Shown in pieces: positions 1 to 8,148 of a stretch of DNA of 64,000 nucleotides. Origin of the DNA: Longimicrobiales bacterium (lineage in GTDB: Bacteria > Gemmatimonadota > Gemmatimonadetes > Longimicrobiales > Gaopeijiaceae); assembly GCA_963664435.2 (NCBI GenBank), contig CAXXKM010000002.1, positions 512,001 to 576,000 on the forward strand, given 5' to 3'. A program made the translations under genes and the position numbers. Below the pieces are notes generated by a model. The model was not told the DNA's origin and did no database searches. It saw only the letters and a list, made by a program, of their open reading frames with translations. Numbering within the stretch: the stretch's first letter is position 1; the number at the start of each line of letters is the position of its first letter.

Positions 1-122
1 TAGGTTGGGGGGAATACCTTGTCTCCCGCGCCACCCGCGGGCTGAAGCGTCAGGCGTGAGCGGAGCGCGACGGCACCGCCGCTGACGGCCTCCAGCAGGG
101 CGGGGAAGGTGAGTTCGGTCAT
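1..122 (-). CDS. csb1: Type I-G (I-U) CRISPR-associated Cas7/Csb1 (GSU0053 family), N-terminal 40 codons; truncated by the window edge
   Basis: Manual translation from ATG at 122-120 gives MTELTFPALLEAVSGGAVALRSRLTLQPAGGAGDKVFPPT(Y). LQPAGG-x-GDKVFPPTY is the characteristic Csb1/Cas7g N-terminal motif as I recall it. SD GGAGGAG lies just upstream. Not in the ORF track. Confidence 0.85.
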   Translation of the reverse strand, partial: MTELTFPALLEAVSGGAVALRSRLTLQPAGGAGDKVFPPT

Positions 123-218
123 GCTGCTCCTCCGTAGGGTTGGCTGGACCCGCCGTTCACCGCAGATGGCGGACCAGAAAGGTATTGTGGTCTTGCCAAG
201 GGACACGGCTCACCGTGC

Positions 219-327
219 TGGAATGCGGCGGTGGGACTCGAACCCACAACCTGTCCGGGCGGTCTCTCCCGCAAGGGATCGACCATTCGTAGACCCGAAC
301 CGCTCTGTCCAAGTGAGCTACGCCACA
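219..327 (-). ncRNA. tRNA-like RNA with an expanded anticodon arm (possibly tRNA-Arg(UCU)-derived)
   Basis: Minus strand folds as: acceptor TGTGGCG/CGCCGCA; T8A9; D arm GCTC-ACTTGGACA-GAGC; anticodon stem GTTCG/CGGAC; variable region AGGTT; T arm GTGGG-TTCGAGT-CCCAC; then TTCCA. The anticodon loop holds 31 extra nt including the hairpin GGTC-GA-TCCC-TTGC-GGGA-GA-GACC. Confidence 0.85.
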
Positions 328-430
328 GTGCCGGAACCCGTGCGGGCCCCGGAACCCGTCCTCCGACGAATGGAGGCACCCCGCTGACGCACCAGCTTCA
401 ATGAGGCTGTGGATGATCACGAGTGTATTC
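328..430 (-). CRISPR. Degenerate single-spacer mini-array / crRNA-like RNA (pseudo-repeat, ~37-nt spacer, pseudo-repeat hairpin)
   Basis: 430-395 reads GAATACACTCGTGATCATCCACAGCCTCATTGAAGC, with a type I-G-like 3' end and 8-nt handle ATTGAAGC. Spacer spans 394 to ~358. A second repeat-like hairpin CCGGGGCCC-GCAC-GGGTTCCGG lies at 352-331. Confidence 0.75.
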
Positions 431-447
431 TGGTGAGTTAGAGGGGT
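428..447 (+). promoter_or_regulatory. Putative Cascade target site (TTC PAM plus partial protospacer) in an AT-rich, promoter-like region
   Basis: TTC (428-430) precedes TGGTGAGTTAGAGGGGT, versus guide TGGTGCGTCAGCGGGGT. A -10-like TACACT lies on the minus strand at 427-422. Confidence 0.65.
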
Positions 448-905
448 ATTTAAGAGGGCTAACCCATTCCTAACGGATATGCCCATCCAACGCAAGTCCC
501 CCATTCGGCAACCGCTGACCTCGGACCCTACGGCTCCGAGCAACACGCGATCATGGAGGGGCGCGCTTCACGACCAGGAGCGGCGGCATGCACGGGAGCG
601 GCGTCAACTGCGGACGGGCTGGCGAACGGACCAGCCGCGACCACCCCGTACACGGGGGCGACGAATTGTGCTGACGATGCTGCCTGTGCTCGAAGCACCG
701 GCGTGCGTGGAGGCCCTCTCCAGGCGCGTGGCGATCAGGAGCTCGCCGAGATCGACGTCCTGCGCCCAACCGTCGGTCGCCAATAATGCCAGCGCGGAGG
801 CAAGCGCTGCCAATTGAATGGCGGCTCGCCGACAACAGTGACAAAGAGATCCTGAAAGTGTCCGATCTTCCTGGATGGATGGTCGCCGTGGCTTTCGCCG
901 CTCCC

Positions 906-3900
906 TCACCCCCCGTCCGTAATCAGCAGCAGCCCCCGCGTACGCAGCATCTCGTTCAGCGCCGCCACGTCCTCGGCGATCAGCGTCTCCACGGCGGTGA
1001 GGTGCAGCTGCAGCTGCTCGTGCAGGATGCCCTTCACCTCCGTCTCCTGGTCGGTGGGCGGGAAGTCGGCGATTGAGAGCGCGTTGGTCAGGTAGCCCAG
1101 CTTCGACAGCAGGCGGGCCTCGAAGCGGACCGCGTCCTGTCCCTGGCCGGTCTGGCGCAGGTCCACCAGGGTTCCCTGCAGCTCCGCCAGCTTGTCCTCC
1201 AGGTCCGCGATGGCGTCGGAGAGGGTCTCGTCCTCGGCAAACCGCGCCATCGTCTCGAGCTGGACCCTCAGCGCCTCCACCCGGTGCACGGCCTCGCCCG
1301 CGGTCACCACGTCCGCGCGCACATCCTTCAGGAAGGCGATCTGCTCCGCGATGTCCGCCTCGCTCCCGGCTGAATGCGGATCCTTGATGACGGTAAGCGG
1401 CTGCTCGTGCGTCGTCCCGTCCACGTTCAGGCGCACGGTGTACTGGCCGGGGGCCATCAGGATGGAAATCCGGGCCGCGCCGGGAGCCGGACGTCCCTCC
1501 TCGCCCACCGCGATGTGCTCGGCGTACATCGGTCTGGTGTACAGCATGATGGGATCGTTGGGCTCGTCCCGGAGATCCCAGTAGATGCGGTTCACGCCCG
1601 CATTGTTGCTCCCGTCCAGGGTGCGCACCACGGCGCCCATGCCGTCCACGATCTCGACGGTGGGCGCCTCTTCGGCCGGAGCCGCCAGCCAGTAGTTGAG
1701 GTAGGCCCCGTACTCCGGATCCACCCCGACGGTGGGATCGTCGTAGGGCACCGAAGGCGGCGTGATGGGCCTGAATCGATATGCGTCGCGGGGCGCGAAC
1801 AGGTGAGAACCGGACGCCATGACCTCCGGGGTCAGCTGCTGCAGGGGCGCGAGATCGTCGAAGATCCAGAAACCGCGCCCGTACGTGCCCACCACCAGGT
1901 CGTTGAAGTGCTCCTGGATGACGATGCCCGATACCGGGGCTGCGGGCAGGTTGTTCTGGAGCGGCTGCCAGTTGTCGCCGTCGTCGAAGGACACGTAGAT
2001 GGCGTTTTCGGTGCCGACGTAAAGGAGGCCCTGCCGCTTCGTGTCCTCGATGATGATCTTCGTGTAGCTCAGCATGCTCGGCGGTATCCCGTCGGTGATC
2101 TTCTCGAACGACGCGCCGTAGTCGCGCGTCCGGTAGACGTAGGGATCGCGCACGTTCATCTGGTGCCCGTCGATGGCCACGTATGCGGTGCCCGCGTCGT
2201 AGCGGGAGGCGGCGATGCTGCGCACGGCCAGCCATTCGGGCAGATCGGGCATGTTTTCGGTCACGTTGGTCCAGCTGGCGCCGTTGTCGCGGGTGACGTG
2301 CAGCAGGCCGTCGTTGGTGCCCGCCCAGATCAGCCCCTGCTCGATGGGCGACTCGGCGATGCCGAACACCACGCCCGCGTACTCGACGCCGATGTTGTCG
2401 CCGGTGAGCCCGCCGGAGAAGCCCATGCGGCTCCGGTCGTTGAGGGACAGATCGGGGCTGATGACCTCCCAGCTCTGGCCCCTGTTCTGCGTGCGGTGCA
2501 CGTGTTGGCTGCCGACGTAGACCGTGTTGTTGTCGTGCGGGGAGATGAGAATCGGGGCATCCCAGACGAAGCGGTAGCGGACGCCCTCCGCCGCGCCGCG
2601 GCTCTGTTCCGGCCACACCTCGACGCCCCGCCACTGGCGCCGGTCCTCCTCGTAGCGCACCACGATGCCGCCGACCATGCCCGACCCCGAGGCCGAGGAC
2701 CAGACGATGTTGGGGTCGACCGGATCGGGGGTGGCGAAGCCGCTCTCGCCGCCGCCCACGTGGTGCCACATGCCGCGCGGAATCCCGGTGATGCGCCGCT
2801 GGCCCTGGATGCGGCTGTTGCTGGGACCCCGGTACGTGGGCTCGTCCTGCTTGTTACCGAGGACGTTGTAGGGGATCTCGTTGTCCACGGTCACGTGGTA
2901 CATCTGCGCGTTGGTGAGGCGCTGGCGGAACCAGGTCTTGCCGCGGTTGATGGAGATGGAGAGCCCCTGGTCGTGCGCGACGATCATGCGGTCGCCGTTG
3001 CCGGGGTCGATCCACATGTCGTGGTGGTCCCCGCCCGGCGCGTCCTCGCGCGGGATCACGTTGATGGCGCGGCCGCCGTCGGTCGAGACCGAGAAGGAGG
3101 CGGTCAGGAAGTACGCCTCGTCCTCGTCGTCGGGCGAGACCACGACCCGCGAGTAGTAGTGCGGGCGGCCCATGGCGTTGCGGTTGCGGGTGATGCGGGT
3201 CCAGGTGCGGCCGCCGTCGGTCGAGCCCCAGACTTGGCCGTCCTCGGTCTCGCGGCCGTCCCAGGGAATCCCGTCGCCGGTCTCGAGCATCGCATAGACG
3301 CGCTGCGTATTCGAGGGCGCGATCGCCACCGCGACCTTGCCGACCGGAAGGTTGGGCAGCCCGATGCCGTTATCGGGACCATTGAGCTTCTCCCAGCTGT
3401 CGCCGCCGTCACGCGAGACGTGCAGGCCGCCGCCGGGTCCTCCGCTGGTGCGGCCATACGTGTGGATCTCCAGCTGCCAGGTCCCCGCGAACAGATTGCG
3501 CGGGTTGACGGGATCGAGAGCGATGTCGGAGCACCCCGTGTTCTCGTCCACGAAGAGCACATGCTCCCAGCTCTCGCCTCCGTCCATGGTGCGGAATACG
3601 CCGCGTTCGGGCTGCGGCCCATAGGAGTGCCCGAGCGCGCAGACGTAGACGATGTCGGGATCGGTCGGATGGATGGCGAGCCGGGGAATGCGCCCGGTCT
3701 GCTCGAGCCCCATGAGTGTCCAGGTCTGGCCCGCGTCCGTGGACTTGTAGATTCCCTGCCCGACGGAGATGTGGCTGCGGATCTTTCCCTCGCCGGTGCC
3801 GGCCCAGACGATGTTGGGATCGGTCAGGGACACCCCCAGCGAGCCGATCGACTGCACCGGCTGGTCGTCGAAGATGGCGTCCCAGTTCACCCCGCCGTCG

Positions 3901-4127
3901 GTGGTCTTGTAGATGCCCCCGGAGGCGGCGCCGACGTAGTAGGTGTAGGGGTCGCCCGGCAGCCCGGCGGCCGCGGAGAAGCGGTTGCCCTCGGGGCCGA
4001 TGTAGCGCCATTCGAGGTCGGCGTAGGCTTCGGGAGCAGGCGCCTGCTGGGCGGCGGCGGGCGCGGAAGCCGCAACCAGGGCCAGGAGAAGGAAAAGGGC
4101 GAACGTGCGGGAAGCGAAGGCGTTCAT
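906..4127 (-). CDS. Secreted VPS10/sortilin-like BNR-repeat protein (sialidase/glycosyl hydrolase-like)
   Basis: Signal peptide, WRYIGP start of the mature protein, many S/T-x-D-G-G-x-T/S-W Asp-box repeats, C-terminal helical region. Confidence 0.9.
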   Translation of the reverse strand: MNAFASRTFALFLLLALVAASAPAAAQQAPAPEAYADLEWRYIGPEGNRFSAAAGLPGDPYTYYVGAASGGIYKTTDGGVNWDAIFDDQPVQSIGSLGVSLTDPNIVWAGTGEGKIRSHISVGQGIYKSTDAGQTWTLMGLEQTGRIPRLAIHPTDPDIVYVCALGHSYGPQPERGVFRTMDGGESWEHVLFVDENTGCSDIALDPVNPRNLFAGTWQLEIHTYGRTSGGPGGGLHVSRDGGDSWEKLNGPDNGIGLPNLPVGKVAVAIAPSNTQRVYAMLETGDGIPWDGRETEDGQVWGSTDGGRTWTRITRNRNAMGRPHYYSRVVVSPDDEDEAYFLTASFSVSTDGGRAINVIPREDAPGGDHHDMWIDPGNGDRMIVAHDQGLSISINRGKTWFRQRLTNAQMYHVTVDNEIPYNVLGNKQDEPTYRGPSNSRIQGQRRITGIPRGMWHHVGGGESGFATPDPVDPNIVWSSASGSGMVGGIVVRYEEDRRQWRGVEVWPEQSRGAAEGVRYRFVWDAPILISPHDNNTVYVGSQHVHRTQNRGQSWEVISPDLSLNDRSRMGFSGGLTGDNIGVEYAGVVFGIAESPIEQGLIWAGTNDGLLHVTRDNGASWTNVTENMPDLPEWLAVRSIAASRYDAGTAYVAIDGHQMNVRDPYVYRTRDYGASFEKITDGIPPSMLSYTKIIIEDTKRQGLLYVGTENAIYVSFDDGDNWQPLQNNLPAAPVSGIVIQEHFNDLVVGTYGRGFWIFDDLAPLQQLTPEVMASGSHLFAPRDAYRFRPITPPSVPYDDPTVGVDPEYGAYLNYWLAAPAEEAPTVEIVDGMGAVVRTLDGSNNAGVNRIYWDLRDEPNDPIMLYTRPMYAEHIAVGEEGRPAPGAARISILMAPGQYTVRLNVDGTTHEQPLTVIKDPHSAGSEADIAEQIAFLKDVRADVVTAGEAVHRVEALRVQLETMARFAEDETLSDAIADLEDKLAELQGTLVDLRQTGQGQDAVRFEARLLSKLGYLTNALSIADFPPTDQETEVKGILHEQLQLHLTAVETLIAEDVAALNEMLRTRGLLLITDGG

Positions 4128-4215
4128 GGCAGGTCTCGTGGGAGGTGGTGGAGGATGAGGACTGTGTTCTGGAAAAAGCCCCTCGGAAACCTCGGTCTCC
4201 GGGCGCGTTATTGAC

Positions 4216-5727
4216 TTAGTGCGCCAGCTCGCCCGCGGGCGTCAGGCGGGACACGACGGCGGCCCGGGTGGCATCGACGATCAGATCGATTTCGGCAGAG
4301 GTGACGGCGAAGTGAGGCGTGTAGCGGACGGAGTTCCTGCCCCCGTGAATCACGCCCACGCCGTGGCGGCGCATCTCCTCCTCCACGCTTCCAGGCCCGT
4401 GGCTCTTGATGCCGGGCTCGAAGGCGCAGCTGACGAGGAGGCCCGTGCCCTGCACGGCGGTAATCGGTCCATCGAGATCGGTGGCTGCGCGCTCGAGCTT
4501 CGCCACGAACTCGGCGCCGCGCGCGCGGATGTTGTCGCGCATTTCCGGGGTGAGCGATGACAGCACGGCCACCGCCACCTCGAGGGCGCGCGGGTTGGTG
4601 GTCATGGTATTGCCGTACACGCCCCGCCGGTACATCCCCGCGGCCCGCGGCGTCATCCCTACCACCGAAAGCGGGTACTGGCCCGCGTTGAGCGCCTTGG
4701 ACCAGGTCTCCACGTCGGGGGGCTCGGCATCCTCGAATGCGGGATAATCGATGATGGAGAGGCATCCGTGCGCCCGCAGCCCGGCCTGGATCGAATCGAC
4801 CACCAGGAGTCCGCCGTGGGCACGGGACAGCGCGCGCGCCGCATCGTAGAATTCGCGGGTCACGGCCTTGCCGGGATTCCCCTCGCCCATCACCGGCTCC
4901 ATGTAGAAGGCCTCGATGAACCAGCCCTGCTCCTCGGCGAGAGCGTAGAGATGACGCAACTGGCCGATGTCGTTCGCGGGCACCTTCAGGGCGTCGTGAT
5001 CGCGGAAGCTGGCGAGATGCTCCTGGTAGTAGCAGTGGGTTGAGTCGGAGACCTGGGCGGGCCGGCTGGTGCGGCCGTGGAAACCGCCCTCCAGCGCGAG
5101 CGTCCGGATGGCGGCTCCGTCGCGGGGCCCACCCGGGTCGGTAACCTGTTTCGCGTGGATGTCCGCGAGACGGGACGCGAAGGTCATCGCCTCGGAGCCG
5201 CTGTTGAGGCACACGAAGCGCTCGAAGGGGCATGCCCGGCCCGTACGATGGCCGATCTCGGCCTCCAGCGCCCGGACCAGTCGAGCCTGGCTCGGGCTGG
5301 CCGTCATGACATTGGCCATGACCCGGGGTTCGCTCATGGCGTCGAGGATCGCCTGTGGCGCGTGCCCGAGCCCGAGCATGCCGTAGCCGCCGGAATCGTG
5401 GATCAGGGCGCCCGCGGTGGTCACGATCCAGGGTCCGCGCGCGGCGAGGGCCACGTAGGGGTTGACCAGGTCGTCGGGATAGAAGTTGAGGTAGCCTCGC
5501 TGCATCCGTCTGACCTGGTCGGCCTCGTCGAGGCCGGCGAGGCGGGGCAGATCGCGCCGCAATCGTCGATGGTACTCCGCCGCCTCGACCGCGGCCTGGC
5601 GAAGCAGGGCATCCCCCGCGGCGAAGCGCTCGATCACGGCGTCCGGCAGGCCGGGCGAGGAGCTCGTCCCGCTTTGGTCCCGGATTTCGCGAAGGATCGC
5701 CAGGGTATCGCGGGGGGTCGGCATCAA
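4216..5727 (-). CDS. Class III PLP-dependent aminotransferase (lysine/ornithine aminotransferase-like)
   Basis: NSGSEA, GFHGRT, EPVMGEG, DSIQAG, SKAL(K-PLP) and GNT motifs. Confidence 0.9.
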   Translation of the reverse strand: MMPTPRDTLAILREIRDQSGTSSSPGLPDAVIERFAAGDALLRQAAVEAAEYHRRLRRDLPRLAGLDEADQVRRMQRGYLNFYPDDLVNPYVALAARGPWIVTTAGALIHDSGGYGMLGLGHAPQAILDAMSEPRVMANVMTASPSQARLVRALEAEIGHRTGRACPFERFVCLNSGSEAMTFASRLADIHAKQVTDPGGPRDGAAIRTLALEGGFHGRTSRPAQVSDSTHCYYQEHLASFRDHDALKVPANDIGQLRHLYALAEEQGWFIEAFYMEPVMGEGNPGKAVTREFYDAARALSRAHGGLLVVDSIQAGLRAHGCLSIIDYPAFEDAEPPDVETWSKALNAGQYPLSVVGMTPRAAGMYRRGVYGNTMTTNPRALEVAVAVLSSLTPEMRDNIRARGAEFVAKLERAATDLDGPITAVQGTGLLVSCAFEPGIKSHGPGSVEEEMRRHGVGVIHGGRNSVRYTPHFAVTSAEIDLIVDATRAAVVSRLTPAGELAH

Positions 5728-6008
5728 GCTCGCTCCGGGGTGAGGGTTGCGCTCGCGGGCGGAAGGTCAAGCTAGAAAGCCGGGGGGTGATTGAAAACTC
5801 ACGCGTTACCCCGTCGTCACCAGGGTCAACGTGAAGTTACTGGAACATGTTGGACGGGAGAGCCGCCGGGGCAAGTCTCTCCGGTTTTTCCGAAGCGGCA
5901 TTCCTGAAGGTCGCCCGGCGGGTCGGCTCGCGTACCTTGTTGGGGTGTACGAGCAGCAATGGCGATTCTCCGGCCCCGGACCGGACCCATCAACCTGGAG
6001 TTGGACTC

Positions 6009-8117
6009 ATGACGCGTTGTGCCCTCGCCCTCCTGACTGTTGTCGTACTGGCCGCCGGTTGCGGAGGGTACGCGGAACCCGCACCACCCGCGCCCGCGGG
6101 CCCCGGACAGGCGGATGCCGCCGAGGCGGCGGAGGCTGCGATCCCGGACCGCGAGGCCGCCGCCCCCGATGACCAGGCCGCGACCCCTGACCCGAACCCG
6201 TCCGAACTGGCGGCCCGGGTGGCGACCATCGAGATCGTACCCGCGTCCATCGAGGTACAGCGGGGCGATTCCGTGACCTTCCGCGGCATCCTGCGCGACG
6301 CGGAGGGCAACCAGGTGGAAGGGGCGCTCTGGGGCGTGGGCACGGTCGGCCCCTTCGAGTTGCGGTCGATCAAGGACGAGGTTCCCGACACCTACGTCCT
6401 GCGGGGGACGCAGTACGGAGAGGCGGTGATCGGCGTGTTCCTCGGCCTGGCCGGGCCGTCCGAGGACCAGCCCAACTGGACGCCGGCGGCCGAGATCCCC
6501 GTGAAGGTGAACGACTACCCGGTGGCGCGCATTGACATCGATGCGCCCGACTACGCCAGCTACGCGGGGACGTCCTTCGCGCTGACGGGGCGGGCGATCA
6601 CCACGGCGGGGGAGGAGCACGCCGAGGCGGTGGTGGAGTGGTCGGCGGCGGACGAGGCGGTGGCGACCGTTACGGCCGGCGGCCGGCTGGAGCTGCACGC
6701 GCCCGGGACCGCACGCGTGGTCGGCGAGGCGGGCGGGGTGCGGGCCGAACTCGCCCTGGACGTGGTCCCCAACCCGGTGGAGGGTCTCACGGTGGCGTCG
6801 CCCGAGTCGCGCGTGCGCACCGGCGACGTGGTCCGCCTCGCGGTGGCCGCCATGGACGCTTCCGGGGAGCGGGTGAACGATGTCGCGCTGGCCTACCAGG
6901 TCCAGAGAGAGGACGGCGCCGAGGCCGCCGCCACGGCCTACATGGACGGGGCCTTCGTCGCCGAGGAGCCGGGGCAATACCGCGTCCGCGTGGACGCGGG
7001 CACCGCGGCCGAAACCGTCGACCTGGAGGTCTTCCCGAGGGAGGCCACCCGGGAGGTCACGCTGGTGGGGCAGGGCCCGCTCGGCACCTCGAGTTCGGAC
7101 CTGTGGGTCTTCGAGGGGCTCGACGGGCGCGATTATGCCTATACGGGCACGATGTCCGCGGCCACCATGTACGCCTGGGACGTAACCGACCCCGCCGCGC
7201 CCGCCATCGTCGATTCCCTCCGGGTGGACGGCCGCCGCGTCAACGACGTCAAGATCAACGACGACCGCACCATCGCAATCGTCACCAGCGAAAACGCCTC
7301 CAACCGCCGCAACGGCATCACCCTCATCGACATCACCAACCCGGCCGACCCGGAGACCATCACCCACTACACCGAGGGGCTCACCGGCGGCGTCCACAAC
7401 GTCTGGTTCGTGGGCGACCTGGTCTACGCCATCAACGACGGGACCCTCGACGTCCACATCATCGACATCTCCGACCCCGCCAACCCCTTCGAAGCCGGGC
7501 GCTGGGGACTCGACAAGCCGAACAAGTACCTCCACGACGTGAGCGTGGTCGACGGCATCGCCTATCTCTCCTACTGGAACGACGGCCTGGTCATGCTCGA
7601 CGTGGGCGACGGCCGCTGGGGCGGGACCCCGACCGAGCCGCAGCCGATCTCCTCGTACAGCTACCTCTACGACATCAACGGCGCGCTCTTCGGCAACACG
7701 CACCACGCCATCCGCTACGGCGACTACGTCTTCCTCGGAGACGAGATCTTCGGTTGCCCGGGGTGCGACGGCCCGCGCGGCTACATCCACGTCGTGGACG
7801 TGAGCGACATCGAGAATCCGCGCGAGGTCGCCGAGTACAGGCTGCCCGAGGCCGGCAGCCACAATCTCTGGGTCGAGGATGATCTGCTCTACATCGCCTA
7901 CTACCAGGGCGGGCTGCGGATCGTCGACGTGTCCGGGGAACTGCGCGGGGACCTGCTCGCCCAGGGTCGCGAAGTGGCGTCCTTCATGACCACGCCGGAG
8001 GGCGAGAGCTCGACCATGGCGTGGGGTCCGCAGCCATACAAGGGCAACATCTTCGTCTCCGACATGCGCACCGGGCTCTGGGTGATGAACCTGGCGCCGG
8101 CGCGGGTGATCCCATAG
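6009..8117 (+). CDS. Lipoprotein with Ig-like domains and LVIVD-repeat beta-propeller
   Basis: Lipobox LAAGC after ATG 6009; VEWSAADEAVATV Ig-like segment; repeated GLRIVDVS / IIDISDPANP motifs. Confidence 0.85.
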   Translation: MTRCALALLTVVVLAAGCGGYAEPAPPAPAGPGQADAAEAAEAAIPDREAAAPDDQAATPDPNPSELAARVATIEIVPASIEVQRGDSVTFRGILRDAEGNQVEGALWGVGTVGPFELRSIKDEVPDTYVLRGTQYGEAVIGVFLGLAGPSEDQPNWTPAAEIPVKVNDYPVARIDIDAPDYASYAGTSFALTGRAITTAGEEHAEAVVEWSAADEAVATVTAGGRLELHAPGTARVVGEAGGVRAELALDVVPNPVEGLTVASPESRVRTGDVVRLAVAAMDASGERVNDVALAYQVQREDGAEAAATAYMDGAFVAEEPGQYRVRVDAGTAAETVDLEVFPREATREVTLVGQGPLGTSSSDLWVFEGLDGRDYAYTGTMSAATMYAWDVTDPAAPAIVDSLRVDGRRVNDVKINDDRTIAIVTSENASNRRNGITLIDITNPADPETITHYTEGLTGGVHNVWFVGDLVYAINDGTLDVHIIDISDPANPFEAGRWGLDKPNKYLHDVSVVDGIAYLSYWNDGLVMLDVGDGRWGGTPTEPQPISSYSYLYDINGALFGNTHHAIRYGDYVFLGDEIFGCPGCDGPRGYIHVVDVSDIENPREVAEYRLPEAGSHNLWVEDDLLYIAYYQGGLRIVDVSGELRGDLLAQGREVASFMTTPEGESSTMAWGPQPYKGNIFVSDMRTGLWVMNLAPARVIP

Positions 8118-8148
8118 TCGCTCATTCCCGAACCACAGGAAGGACCCA

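Noticed and set aside
219..327. Reading it as a normal tRNA, or as an amber suppressor (T-CTA in the loop) or tRNA-Sec/Pyl
   Set aside because: The alternative stem GTTCG/CGAAT gives a 6-nt loop and leaves a 37-nt irregular variable region. There is no purine after CTA, and the canonical AGGTT variable region supports the other fold.
219..327. tmRNA or Y RNA (YrlA)
   Set aside because: It has a full D stem and no tag ORF, so not tmRNA. It is not circularly permuted and no Ro60/rsr gene is in the window. An Rfam scan is still advisable.
109..546. ORF-track ORFs 109-387, 119-379 and 157-546
   Set aside because: They overlap the tRNA-like RNA and mini-array, have no recognisable motifs, and the RNA structure explains the sequence better.
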